Assembly: GCA_965153455.1 (NCBI GenBank)
Contig: OZ234493.1
Location: forward strand, 15,800,213-15,864,212
DNA length: 64,000 nucleotides
Direction of reading: 5' to 3'
Origin: Sphagnum compactum
Taxonomy: Eukaryota
Below, piece by piece: positions 14,231 to 25,625 of this stretch. The number at the start of each line of letters is the position of its first letter. Within the stretch, counting starts at the first letter, position 1. A model generated the notes under the pieces. It was not told where the DNA came from and searched no databases. It worked only from the letters and a program-made list of their open reading frames with translations. Made by a program: the position numbers and the translations under genes.

Positions 14231-15670
14231 TCATTCCAGCTTCTCGAGAAAGGGTCGAGTTCGCGTGCTTCCAGCAACAGGAGCTCGGCTCTGTCCGATG
14301 GGAGATTCTTGCAAGGTCTCACCAGCTTCCGAATTCCGCTGCATTCTGTCCAGCCGTCGCTTCTCCGCGTACCGATACGCGAGCAAACCCAAGAGACCCA
14401 AGAGCGCCAAACCTCCCACAACACCCAAAACCACTCCCAAAACAATCTTCCAAGTATTGGACTTCTTGTTATTATTAATCACGGCCGAAGGTCCAGGAGA
14501 TGGCGCGGAAGCTGTAGGCACCGGTGCCGGCGCGGGTGCAGGAACCACGGTGGGACCAACAAGCGCAATGGGTCCAAGCTCCCGCAAGCTACAAACAAAA
14601 GGACCGGTTCCAGACGGCAAGGTCCCGTTCTCCGTTGCGTTTCCGGTCGAGGACGAGAACGTCACGCACCGAGGAGAAGAACCGGAGGCGAGGGCGAGCG
14701 CCGTCAATGTGGTGCTTGCAAATGTGACCGTGAAGTTGCCACTGCTGGCGGTGGTGTTGACGCCGAATTGGGTTGGATCCGTAGACGTGATGTTGCTGGC
14801 GTCGTAAACCGCCATGCCCGAAACGGGAGTGAGAAGCTCTAGACCCGGTGGCGCTTGGAAGAGCGTGGAGCTCAAGTTGCCGTAGTGTTGGTACACGATG
14901 ATCAGCCTCTTCACTCTCGCCAGGATTTGTGTGCCGTTGGGTATTTGATATCCATTGAGATTGGTAATACCTCGCACCATAAAGGAATGTCGCACCACTC
15001 GCACTGCTTGCGCCGTCACTCCAGCGTCCGAAAGATTTCCCGGAAGCGTTACGTTGTGTGGTATGTACTCTGCGACATTTCTTTGCTGCGCTATCGCTTG
15101 GAATGCCGCTTGCTGTAGCACTTGATTCACTGCAACCAGATTGAATGTTGCATTGCTCGTCGTCGCAGCACCCACAGGTTTTACTGAGAACTCGGAACCC
15201 AAAAACAGAAGCCAAAAGATGAGAGGATGCAGGATCCAAAACCAGTTGCAACAGGAAGTTGCCATCTGCTGCTGGACCCGGAAGAAGAATTCTCGAGGAG
15301 CTTGATCTTGCTGACATGAGGATGATGGTGATGGTGGCGATGAGCTTGTTCTCCTTCTTCTTCTATTACTGCTTGGTTGTTGGTCTGCAACCCTAAGCTT
15401 GTTAATCTGCTCTTGCTGCGACATTAGACATGATGTATTTCTGTCTTCAGGCCGGAAGTTGTCGCTATTGCTGTCGATTTTCGATGTGTTTGTTGTGGAT
15501 CCAGCTGCTGGTTGCAGCAGAGATGTGGAGCAAGAGCTTGGCATGAATGCAGCTGCTAGCCCCCGCGGCACTTGTGCCCAATAACCATATCTAGAAGTAG
15601 TAATACTTCTTCTATCACTACAAGTTTCTGTCGAAGAACAGTCCAGCTCCGTCGTCATCCTCGTCGTCAT
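14231..15670 (-). CDS. DUF1191-family single-pass plasma-membrane protein (signal peptide, DUF1191 ectodomain, Pro/Ala linker, TM helix, conserved cytosolic tail)
   Basis: Uninterrupted 479-aa ORF. RVKRLIIVYQHYGNLSS...PGLELLTPVSGMAVYDAS and the C-terminal GETLQESPIGQSRAPVAGSTRTRPFLE match plant DUF1191 proteins. TM segment WKIVLGVVLGVVGGLALLGLLGLLAY. A signal-peptide-like stretch starts at Met136 (ATG at 15265), which may be the true start. Confidence 0.88.
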   Translation of the reverse strand: MTTRMTTELDCSSTETCSDRRSITTSRYGYWAQVPRGLAAAFMPSSCSTSLLQPAAGSTTNTSKIDSNSDNFRPEDRNTSCLMSQQEQINKLRVADQQPSSNRRRRRTSSSPPSPSSSCQQDQAPREFFFRVQQQMATSCCNWFWILHPLIFWLLFLGSEFSVKPVGAATTSNATFNLVAVNQVLQQAAFQAIAQQRNVAEYIPHNVTLPGNLSDAGVTAQAVRVVRHSFMVRGITNLNGYQIPNGTQILARVKRLIIVYQHYGNLSSTLFQAPPGLELLTPVSGMAVYDASNITSTDPTQFGVNTTASSGNFTVTFASTTLTALALASGSSPRCVTFSSSTGNATENGTLPSGTGPFVCSLRELGPIALVGPTVVPAPAPAPVPTASAPSPGPSAVINNNKKSNTWKIVLGVVLGVVGGLALLGLLGLLAYRYAEKRRLDRMQRNSEAGETLQESPIGQSRAPVAGSTRTRPFLEKLE

Positions 15671-17020
15671 GATCTCGCTGCAAGTGATATTTTCTGGTTG
15701 AATCCTTGCCTCATTTCCGAGACCCCGGCTCTTGCTAGCTAATGTCGAGGAAGACGCGAAACCTGCTGCAGCGGTACCCGTTGTTTCCTGGAGTTCCGAA
15801 AAGAACCTAGGTGTTCCCTACTTCTCCGGCGCAGTACACAAGTACATGTGATGATCATCTCTCTCTCTTTCCAGTCGGGATCTTCTTCTGCCGCAATAGT
15901 CCTTGACGCGCTGACGCTTCCAGAACTAGTACTTTGGACCTACTTTTTTGCTTGAAAACTGGATTGCAATCTCTACAGACACGAAGCCCATCGACTACCT
16001 TGCAGAGAGCTTACCTCCAAACCTGAACGAATTTGCTGAAACCTGAATCTGCTGGCTGCTCTTTGCGGCGTACTAGTTCGATCCCAGCAGCTCCTCGCCC
16101 TCCTGCTCTACTCACGGAGGAAAGACCCAATAATGCAGAAAATAAGCGCAATCGCGGACCTGCAGCCGGATCAGATGACAAGGTTGCAGCTGCTGTGTGC
16201 CTGGACTCCCCAGATGATACTAGATAGAACTGCAGCCCCCCGCGACGATATGTAGCTCTCCCGATGCGAACTTGATCCTGCAATTCGTATGGAGCAGCCG
16301 CTGCAGAATAGGGCCCAACCCAAGAGCCGACCTAAGAGAGCTTGGATTGTTTTACAACTGTGAGGAACCTCAGACAAAAGAACTGTTGAGGAACACAAGC
16401 CCTCATCAAACAAGAGGCCCGCGGAAAACCAGAAACTAGATAGCAAAAGCCGGACTCCACGACACTAGAAACTATAGCTCATTGAAGCCGCGACAACGAC
16501 GACGCAGCAACATCTTCCGAACACACCCACCCCACCCCCGAAAAACAGAAACCCGGCGATCTCGGAAACCTCAAACCCACCACCAGATTCGAGGAAAGAA
16601 GGAAAGAAGAAGAAAAACCGAACCCACGACTTTTTTGTCGCCACTAACGCGTCAGCTTCAGACCCAAAAACAAAGATAGAGATAAAAACCTTGAGACCCA
16701 AGCTTCCTCTCTTCAGCTGGTCTCCAAGAATACTGCAACAGCCAAATCCCACAGTGTCTGCACACCTTTCCTTCCTTACAAACTGTTTTAGTTTCTCTTC
16801 TGACTATCTTCTTTCTTTCTTTCTGAATTATTTTCTTTTCAATCTCTATCTCTATCTATGTCTCTCTGTCTTGTATTTCCAGCAAGGATTTGACAAACGC
16901 AACAGACAATCCGCAGCAGACAATCCTCGCGGCAGCGGCGGCAGCGGCAGAGAGAGGAAGGGAAGGGAAGGGGCAAGACGACGGCGATGGCGCTCACGCT
17001 TGGTTGCCAAGCGCAGGGTT

Positions 17021-17345
17021 CAGGTCCTCAACGGATCTAAGAACCTCGATTCAGGTCCCCAACGGGTTCTGAGAACCTAGTTTCAGGTCCTCAACGACGG
17101 GACGGGTTTTCTCTGAGAACCTCGTTCCCGGTCCTCAATCGGCAACGGGTTTTCTCTGAGAACCTTGTTCCAGGTCCTCAAATGACGCCTAGTTCTGTCT
17201 GAGAATCTCGTTTTGGGGTCCTCAATGATTGCGGGATCTCTCTCAGAACCTCGTTTCAGATCCTAACGACGGGTTTTCTCTCTGAGGATCTCGTTTTAGG
17301 TCTCCAACGACGGGTTTTCTTTCTGGGAACCTCGTTTTAGATCCG
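17021..17345. repeat. Degenerate minisatellite, ~8 units of 31-45 bp (CAGGTCCTCAACG...GGTT(T)CT...GAGAACCTCGTTT), upstream of the DUF1191 gene
   Basis: Units start near 17021, 17052, 17084, 17128, 17171, 17214, 17257 and 17297; most contain a GGTT..CT/AGAACC short inverted motif. Confidence 0.75.
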
Positions 17346-20300
17346 TCTTGAGGTCTAGACCGGGCATTGATAATCTCGATTCAAGTCCTTAACCGAGGAT
17401 TTTAACCACCTTGGTTCGGATCCTCGAAAGTTTTGAGGACCTCGTTCGTTTCAAGACCTCATCTTGTTCTTCTTCTTCTTGGGGATGTGATTTTGGGGCT
17501 CTTATTATTTTACAATAATATTTTTTTAATTTAATATAAAATGAACTGCTTTCATAAAAGCCAGGGGCAATGATAAGTGAGGTCCTGAAAACGCAGTTTA
17601 TTTGGTTGGGCGAGTGGCTAACCTGAGTTCTATTCCAGATCCTCAATGAGATCCTGAAACCCGAAACTGCACTTGGAAAGGTCAATCAAGAAGAGGGGAC
17701 CCCACCCGAAGTCAATGATTTTTTTGTCTTGTTCAAATTTAGAGCCTCTCATTGCCGGACGGATGAAAGGTACGGATTTTGGATGGAAACGGTCTTGTGT
17801 CCGAGTCTCATCCACGGAGTAATTCCTCATGCATTAGACCCCCACCACCAATCCTTTCGGGGATAATAGAAATTCCGCAAAACCCGGAAAACCAAGAATT
17901 TCTCATCACCCCATATTTTCCTTCTCTAGAGATAACCCAATCGAGGGGCTACACGTGGCCAGTTTTAGCCAATCCCATGACCCCAATATTGAGAGGCCAA
18001 ATTTTTGGCATCTGGTTTATTGGAAATGTGGGCCCTACTTTCCATAAATTAAAGGAGAATTATTATTATTTAATTTTATAAATTATTTTATTAAGAAATT
18101 AGTGTTTTTTTAATAATTAGTTACCCACCTTATACTTGACTTTTCATCTATAATCAAACCATCAATTGTAATTGAAAATGTAATTATTAAGATGAAATCC
18201 TTCATAAATTTATCTTAACATAATTAGATCATGTTTGAATTGTTTTATTTTTTAATATTATCTTGATTTTACAATATGAAAATTTTTAACCATACCCATT
18301 ACCTAAAAAGGATGGTAAGGAGCTTTATCTATTGGGAAATAAATGTTCATCATTGGTTGGAGGATTTTCATTATTTAAAAATTGGGACTTTGGTCTTTTT
18401 ACATTGGAAGAAAGCATGTTGATGGATGATTATTATTTGGTAAGTTTTTTTCATTTTTTTAAGAGGCAAATGACACCTTATCAAACCATTAAAAACTGGC
18501 TTTTTTTTTGCTTTTTTCTTTCTTTTTTTTAAAATAAATTTCTCTCTTTGTTATTTGACAATCATTGTCAAGCATAGTAGTTTTTTTTTTTGAGGGATTT
18601 CTTGCAAGTTGGAAAGTGTCTTTCACTTTGTACCTACATTTTCTTCTTGACCTTTTTCTTTTCCCTCCTTTCCAGCATATTTCCTTATATTTCAAAGCTT
18701 TTCTTTATCCTTGACATTGGTGCAAGGATACATAGAAAGACTTCTTTTCTTCTTTTTTTAAAGAGAAAGATAAATAAAAGCACCCCACCCCCAAAAAAAA
18801 TTAAATTATTAATTTTTTATTTTATTTATTTATTTTTATTATTATTATTAACCCAAACTAGTGCTTTATGCAAGAGAAGGGTAGCCCTTTCGGTCCTTCC
18901 ATGTTTTTTTTTTTGGGGGTACCCAGCAATCCGGCTCTTGCCCTCGGGCCTAGGCACCTCAAAACATGGAAGGGCATCTAGGGCTATTCCCTAGGTCCAC
19001 CAAATGCAGTTTACTTTACCCTAGGGTCAGTTTTGACATTAAATAGTGGAGAACCAATTTTTCACCTTAAAATCGTGAAATGAATTTTCGTAAAAATATA
19101 AATCTTAGGTGTGGAAAATTATCATAATTATCACAGGCTACAAGCTGAATAATTTTCACTCCTCATATAACAATATCATAGTAAATCATGAGGGGAAAAA
19201 AAATCAAATATTAAAAACAATTTCTTTTTGGAAAAAAAAATATTGTCATCTTCTTAACATGGAAGCTGACCATAGGTTAACGATAATAGCCTCTACACTA
19301 TACTTTGGATGAAGTAGAGTCTTCAAATATTATTTCGTCTAATAGCATAGCCTAGGGTCAATTTCCACATTAACAAAACGATTTTTTTTTCAAAAAGGAA
19401 TTCATTTTTTAAATTTGAAATTATGTAATTTTCATCATCAACTATAATAATAATATTGTGATATGAGTATTGAAACTATTCAGAGTGCAGCCTATGATAA
19501 TCATGATGATTTTCAACATGTCAACTTCATATTTTCACAAATTTTCATTTCACTATTTTGAGGATTATTTAATGACGGAAGTGACCTTAAGGTAAGGCAT
19601 ATGCAATTGATATTTTAAGGTAATTAATCTCACCAAGTACCAATATATTAACATTTATAATTAAATTTTACTAGCATCCCACAAAATGACCCAACTTAAC
19701 CCAAGGCATTGCAATGTTTCAAATGTTCATGGGTAAATCACATACCTAAGCCATGTTATATATCCAACCATAATTCCAATGATGATGATTCATTAGAAAT
19801 AGTTTGGGTAAGAAAATTTCATAAGTCTCCTTTGGACAATTTAAATTTGGAATCTATTTAACCAATTTTTGAATAAAAAGGAACAACAAGTTTTTTTTTA
19901 AAATTTGTGCCTTTTCAAAGGCTTTTTTTAAACATAATAGTTACGAGCAATTTTTTGATATCTTTTTGTAGCAATGTGTATCTTATTTCTTTTCAATTGA
20001 ATCGAGTCTTAATCCAATTGAATTTGCATCCAATTCAAGTATTTGAACATGAATTATGTGTTGTTACAAGTATCATTGGTGTTATATTGGTGTTAATATT
20101 TTTCTAATGATGTTATTGATCTAGTGTTGTTGTTATTATGTTACAGTTATTATTTGACTATCTTAATGTTAATGAGTTGTAATTAGCTTGTTGTTTGTTA
20201 TGCAATAGTAAGATGTGGAACCAAATCTTTTGCTTTTGTGGGGTTTCTAAATGCATTTGTTAGTGATGTCGTTATACTTGATGGGGGCAAGTTTATATTA

Positions 20301-20831
20301 TGAGCAAAACATTTGAAAGTGGATGGGATTTAGATCTCATTTTATGGGGACACTTGGTTGAACATGTACGCAAAATGTGGGAACATGGCACATGCTTAAA
20401 GATTGTTCAACAATATGCCAATGTTTCAAAATGTGGTGATTTAAACCACATGAAATGAATCGGGCAAAAGCAAAAGGTGGGTACCCGTTAATTGTTTCAA
20501 CCAATTATTAACTCTTGTTGTTGTTCTGTCTGTGTACTATATAAGCAGTGTTGGGCGGGTATTTGATATGTTGAATAACCTCCACGTCTGGGTATTTGTA
20601 AAATGGGAATTAAAAGAATTAAAACTCGGAGTCAAAGAATCACAAGTTCCGGGTATTCGAAAAAAAATTCAGAATCAAAGAATTGCTGCCGGTTCTGGTT
20701 ATTTCAAAAAAACCTCACAGAACTGCCGGGTTTCACAGGAAAGTGTCAAACTCCTCCCATCCCCCCCCCCCCCCCCAAACTACATTGGAATTTGTAATCT
20801 TTTGGTTGCCTTATAACAATCACAGTGTAAT

Positions 20832-20941
20832 GGATTGTACAGGCCATTGGCAGTAAGTTTAGCATCAGCAACGAACCTGTTGGATTTACTCAACTGATCA
20901 GTTGCTGATGCTAAACTTACTCCCACTCGCCTGTACAATCC
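20832..20941 (-). ncRNA. Candidate microRNA precursor hairpin (41-bp stem, 3 symmetric mismatches, 28-nt structured loop)
   Basis: 20832-20872 and 20901-20941 are reverse complements at 38/41 positions. Extra G-U pairs in the loop form only on the minus strand. It lies downstream of a minus-strand leader with telo-boxes and a GTGAGT donor. Confidence 0.6.
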
Positions 20942-21326
20942 TCGTTGTTGCCCACTCTCTTCGTTGCACTCCAAACCACGCTCTTCATGCCCTCGCCCCC
21001 GCCCCATGCTGTTGGAATTGAAAATCTCGAATCTCCTATTACCCTCCCCTCTCCTCCTCCTCCTGTCTCCCCTCCCTTCCTTTCTCTCTTTGTTGCAAAT
21101 CAATTTTCTTCGTTGTTTCTTAGCAGGCAAAAAAAAACTTCCAAGAAACACACCAAAAAAATCTCAGGACACAAGACACATGCTTGCTAGCCACGGCCTC
21201 TGTGACATAGAGAGACAGAGACAGAGACGGGAAACTCGAGACCGGAAGCAACAATAAAGGATCGACGATGTGCGCCGAAAACACAGGAAGAGGGAAAACA
21301 CGCACTCACCAGTTTTAGAGACGCTT

Positions 21327-21346
21327 TTAGGGTTAGGGTTAGGGTT
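21327..21346 (-). promoter_or_regulatory. Triple telo-box-like motif (AACCCTA)x3 in the leader of the hairpin-bearing transcript
   Basis: TTAGGGTTAGGGTTAGGGTT on the + strand, in a CpG-retaining island 21180-21500; a TATATAAAG motif lies on the minus strand at ~21524-21532. Confidence 0.55.
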
Positions 21347-23581
21347 ACCGTGCTCGTTTCTTACTACTGCCTACTGTTCTTCGCGACTCTCTTCTTCTGT
21401 TGCCGCCGCGAAGTGCAATAAACGCGAGCGTTGCTGCATTTGGCTCAGGACCTGAGTTTCAGGACCTCGATAAACGGACACTGGGTTTCAGGACCTCGAC
21501 AGACACACGCACACAACAAGTGACTTTATATATAAGATGTGATTTATTTGGTAGTTAAAATGGAAGAATTCAGTTTTAGACTAAGTTTGTAATTTCAGAC
21601 TTAATGGCCATTCCCCAAAAAAATTGACCTTTTCAAGCATTTGAAACATCTCTCGACCTTTTCTCAATTTGGAAATTGGAGAAGAATTTAAAATTTGAAA
21701 CATAAATTGTATTGTTATGTTATTTAATTTCATAATACTCTTCCAACTTTTCTTCCATTTGTCACATTGTTCATTTGACAACTTCAAATAAGCTAGTTTT
21801 CATTTTTCCCTTTTACCTTTAAGTTGTTCAAAAAATATTTAATTTGAGATTTCAATATGTATCTACTTATTATTTTCTTCGTTTTTGCTATCCAATTGGT
21901 TTGGATTTCAAAAATAAAAAAATAAAATAAATCCTATGTGTATTTTAAATGTGCATTGTCTAAAAAAAAAACTCATTGGAAAATATTGCCTTGTGAATAT
22001 ATTTTATCATTGTAAACATGTTTTGTATAAGAAGCACATGTACCATTCTCAATTTAAAAAAAATATCAAGATTTTAAGACATTAATAACCATTATTTAAA
22101 TTCATACCAACACTATGGATAATGCAACTGAGTGCAAGGTGAAACTTTGGCCATTTCTAACAATTTCCAACCCCAGTTGCATTTGCCTTTTCCTTGGCTA
22201 ATGAAATTTTTTTTTCCTTTCAAAAAAATCTAAAGACTTAAGAGGAACTTGAACTATGCTAATTTGTGCCAATTTTTTTCCATCTATGTAGTTTGGAACA
22301 ACCAAAGGATTACTAATAACCCATTTCCCATTCATGAATGAGACTTCTTCGCTTGACATTTCAATTAGGGTTTGAGATTCTTAAGTATTGTTTGAATGGC
22401 AAAGTTGGGTGTGTAGCCCACATTGCTACAAGTGAGTACATCATGTGACCTTTCCAAACCAAGACACTACTAGCTACATACAAGGTTACAAGACTTCGAA
22501 AGTGAGCTTCCTATAACCAATTTAATGAAACCTTAAACCCTAATTGCAAAAGTCCTCTTTGATGAAAGTTTGGAAAGAAAAACAACATCCATCATTTTGA
22601 TGGTATCACAATGTGGATCTTTGCAAACACATGTATGTGCATGTGGTCATGCATCTTTGTAAAGGGTCATACATTTAAACATTTTTTTCAACATAGGGTG
22701 CTTATAATCCATCAATAAAGGCAATTATTTTTGCAATATCTTCAATGAAGTATTTTTTTGGTATTTTCTTATTTTCTAACTATTTATGATACTTTATAGG
22801 GCATGTGAGCTAGAACATCAAGCCAACATGTGCAACATTAATAATGTTTCTACAAAAATATTCTCTTTGTGAATGGGAAAAACTTTATTGTCATAACCAT
22901 CTTATTGCAAGTGATCTAAAGTTTAAAGTCACTTTAGAATTGTTGTGCCTTACCTTATGTAGGCACCTACATCAATTTGAAAGGCAAGTTGACACTACTA
23001 GCCCATGGGGGTGAAGTGTGAACCTTAAGTTCTAACTTCTAACCTTGGCTTTGGTATTTTAGGCTTGGTATGAATGAGCAACTCATGTGAAAGTACATTA
23101 TCCATCTAAACAAGGTAGCTTGTTTGTTTTGTTTGTCATGTTGAGGTCCTTGAAAGCACAATGGCCCCTACTATGCTCTTGATAATGTTGAAAAGCCATC
23201 AATGAATAAGGGTTGCACCAAGATGTTTTTGGAATGTTGAGACTTGTGATCGATGTTTTCTTTTGTTAGTACAAAATTTTGTCAAAATGAGAAAAAAAAT
23301 TGAGGCTATGAACTTCAACAATTTTTTTTTAAAGAATTTTTAAATAAAAATTCACCCAAAAAACAGGGTTTTTGGACTTGGTTTGCCAAATTTAGAATGC
23401 ATACTCTTGCAGGTTGTCAAATGTAAACAAATTTACCTCAAAAAAATTGTTCCACCTATCCGATAGCCAAATCTAGCAAGATCCTCCTATGATGGTTGCC
23501 AAAGTGGCTAAATCACAAAAGTGAGGGGGGGGAGGAAAGCATGGCTACAAAATAGGAGTTATTGAAATTTTTTAACTAAAA

Positions 23582-23725
23582 TTTTAATAAATGAAAAACT
23601 TTATTAAAATTTAAGGAAAAACTTTAAAATTTTAAAGTTTTTAATAAATGAAAAACTTTATTAAAATTTAAGGAAAAACTTTAAAATTTTAAAGTTTAAC
23701 ATTTTAATAACTTTAAAATTTAAGG
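23582..23725. repeat. AT-rich tandem duplication, ~57-bp unit, 2 full copies plus a partial
   Basis: TTTTAATAAATGAAAAACTTTATTAAAATTTAAGGAAAAACTTTAAAATTTTAAAG is repeated directly. Confidence 0.85.
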
Positions 23726-24231
23726 AAATCGGTGTGAGCTCTTATACTATTGAAGAGCCCTTGATGAGTGGCATTTGTGGAAGGTGATTTTGTAAACTTT
23801 CGATCGAAAGTGGGGAGGAGATGTTAAATTTGGAGGAGTTTTCATGATTGGAAATTAAATCTAAAATTTTAAAATAATGTTTTCATAATTGAGCTCTATA
23901 GTTAGGGTCCTATTCACAATTGGAACAATTACACACTCCTATCCACACTTACACATGCCCACACTAGTTGCAATACTTTCTTATGACAATTTTCAGGTAG
24001 ATAACTGATGAATAAGCCTTTTAGAGCTGAAAAGTTCAATGACTCATTATTTCATGAGTAGGGTCAAGCCCCATGGTGGGGTGCCATCCCAAAATGAGGG
24101 CCCTAGGATGAGGCCATAGCTGAGTCCACCCTTGCATTTTGAGGAATGGCTCACACCCATGGACTTTACCCATCATAAAGTACAAGGCAAAGGTCATCAC
24201 AAATGGAAGCACATGTAGATTATGAGCCATA

Positions 24232-25033
24232 AGAGGGGAGTCTTATGGCTACTTACTCCTGTAGAGTAGGAGGGATCTTATGCTTAGATCTTACACCTTC
24301 TTGCTTCTACGAGAAGGTGTAAGATCTACTTACTCCTGAAGAGTAGGAGACATCTTACACTTAGACCTAAGGTCGCTCCCACTCTTCAGGATTAAGTAGG
24401 CGTAAGATCCCTCCCACTCTTAATGACTAAGTAGGCCTAAGATCTCTCCTGCTCTTGAGGATTAAGTAGGCGTAAGATCCCTCCCACTTTTCAGGATTAA
24501 GTAGGCCTAAGATCTCTCCCACTCTTGAGGATTAAGTAGGCGTAAGATCCCTCCCCCTCTTAAGGATTAAGTAGGCTTAAGATCTCTCCTGCTCTTAAGG
24601 AGTAAGTAGGCATAAGATCCCTCCCACTCTTAAGGATTAATTAAGCCTAAAGATCCCTCCCACCCTTAAGGACTAAGTAGGCCTAAACATCCCTCCCAGT
24701 CTTAAGGATTAAGTAGGCTACTTAAGATCTCTCCTGCTCTTAAGGAGTAAGTAGGCATAAGATCCCTCCCGCTCTTAAGGATTAAGTAAGCCTAAAGATC
24801 CCTCCCACTCTTAAGGATTAAGTAGGCCCAAACATCCCTCCCTCTCTTAAGGATTAAGTAGGCTTAAGATCTCTCCTGCTTTCAAGGAGTAAGTAGGCAT
24901 AAGATCCCTCCCACTCTTAAGGATTAAGTATGCCTAAATATCCCTCCCACTCTTAAGGATTAAATAAGCCTAAAGATCCCTCCCACTCTTAAGGATTAAG
25001 TAGGCCTAAAGATCCCTCCCACTCTTAAGGATT
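24232..25033. repeat. 35-36-bp minisatellite (~18-19 direct copies, 24369-25033) preceded by inverted copies and a perfect 17-bp hairpin
   Basis: Unit AAGATCCCTCCCACTCTTAAGGATTAAGTAGGCCT. Reverse-complement copies at ~24232-24285 and ~24326-24360. TAGATCTTACACCTTCT (24285-24301) pairs with AGAAGGTGTAAGATCTA (24312-24328). Confidence 0.92.
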
Positions 25034-25527
25034 GAATGTATCCACTAAATGAGGTCTCACTCAAGGAGCTGAATGGACCAGTGTAGGACCTGGGTTCACC
25101 ACTTGCCCTTCCCCCCATCTGTCCATTCTTCTGTGTTTTATTGTTGAAGACATAAGTAATGTCAGAGTGCAGACCAATGCAGAAGAAGCTCCAGGTTCAC
25201 ACACACTCACCCCCAAAAAAAAAAAAAAATAAATAAAATTTAACACTAGAGACAAAATTATGAAGGGATTGCAATTGGGTCCCTCCCATTTCTTGAACAC
25301 TTTTTGTTACCCTTTCCTCTTCTTCCTTGCCTGCCAAAAGCAATTAGAGACCTGGCAGCTTGCAAATGGACAACTGGTGTGCATGTACATTGTCCCCAAT
25401 GGGAGTAATAATCATGAATGAGCCCATCTAATAAGAAGCCCAGCTGCTTTGGGGATGGAGGGAAGGGGGGGCCAGGGGACAGGGGTCTGGATGAGGAAGA
25501 ATACCTATAAATGATTCTCACTATATA

Positions 25528-25625
25528 ATGTTGTGTAGGGTTTAAGCTTTCACAACCTATCCCATGTTGTGTAGGGTTTAAGGCTGTGTCACAACCTATC
25601 TCATGTTGTGTAGGGTTTAGGGCTT
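25528..25625. repeat. Short tandem repeat, 3 copies of ATGTTGTGTAGGGTTTA.G...TCACAACCTATC
   Basis: Copies near 25528, 25564 and 25603; gives the repeated LNPTQH in ORF 25258..25788, which is otherwise not credible. Confidence 0.75.

Larger units (their letters stand above)
18858..21537 (-). mobile_element. Putative non-autonomous Helitron (possible 5' A|TC end at 21537 and 3' hairpin + CTAG|T end at 18858)
   Basis: The minus strand begins A|TCTTATATATAAAGTCAC (21537) and ends AAGGGCTACCCTT (hairpin) + ~14 nt + CTAG|T (18858). That the two ends belong to one element is not shown. Confidence 0.35.

Noticed and set aside
14152-15317. Overlapping ORFs of 108-242 aa on both strands
   Set aside because: Shadow frames of the GC-rich DUF1191 coding sequence with no independent signature.
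17021-17345. Hairpin-containing repeats with variable middles as a CRISPR-like array
   Set aside because: The variable parts are short and related to each other, which fits a degenerate minisatellite.
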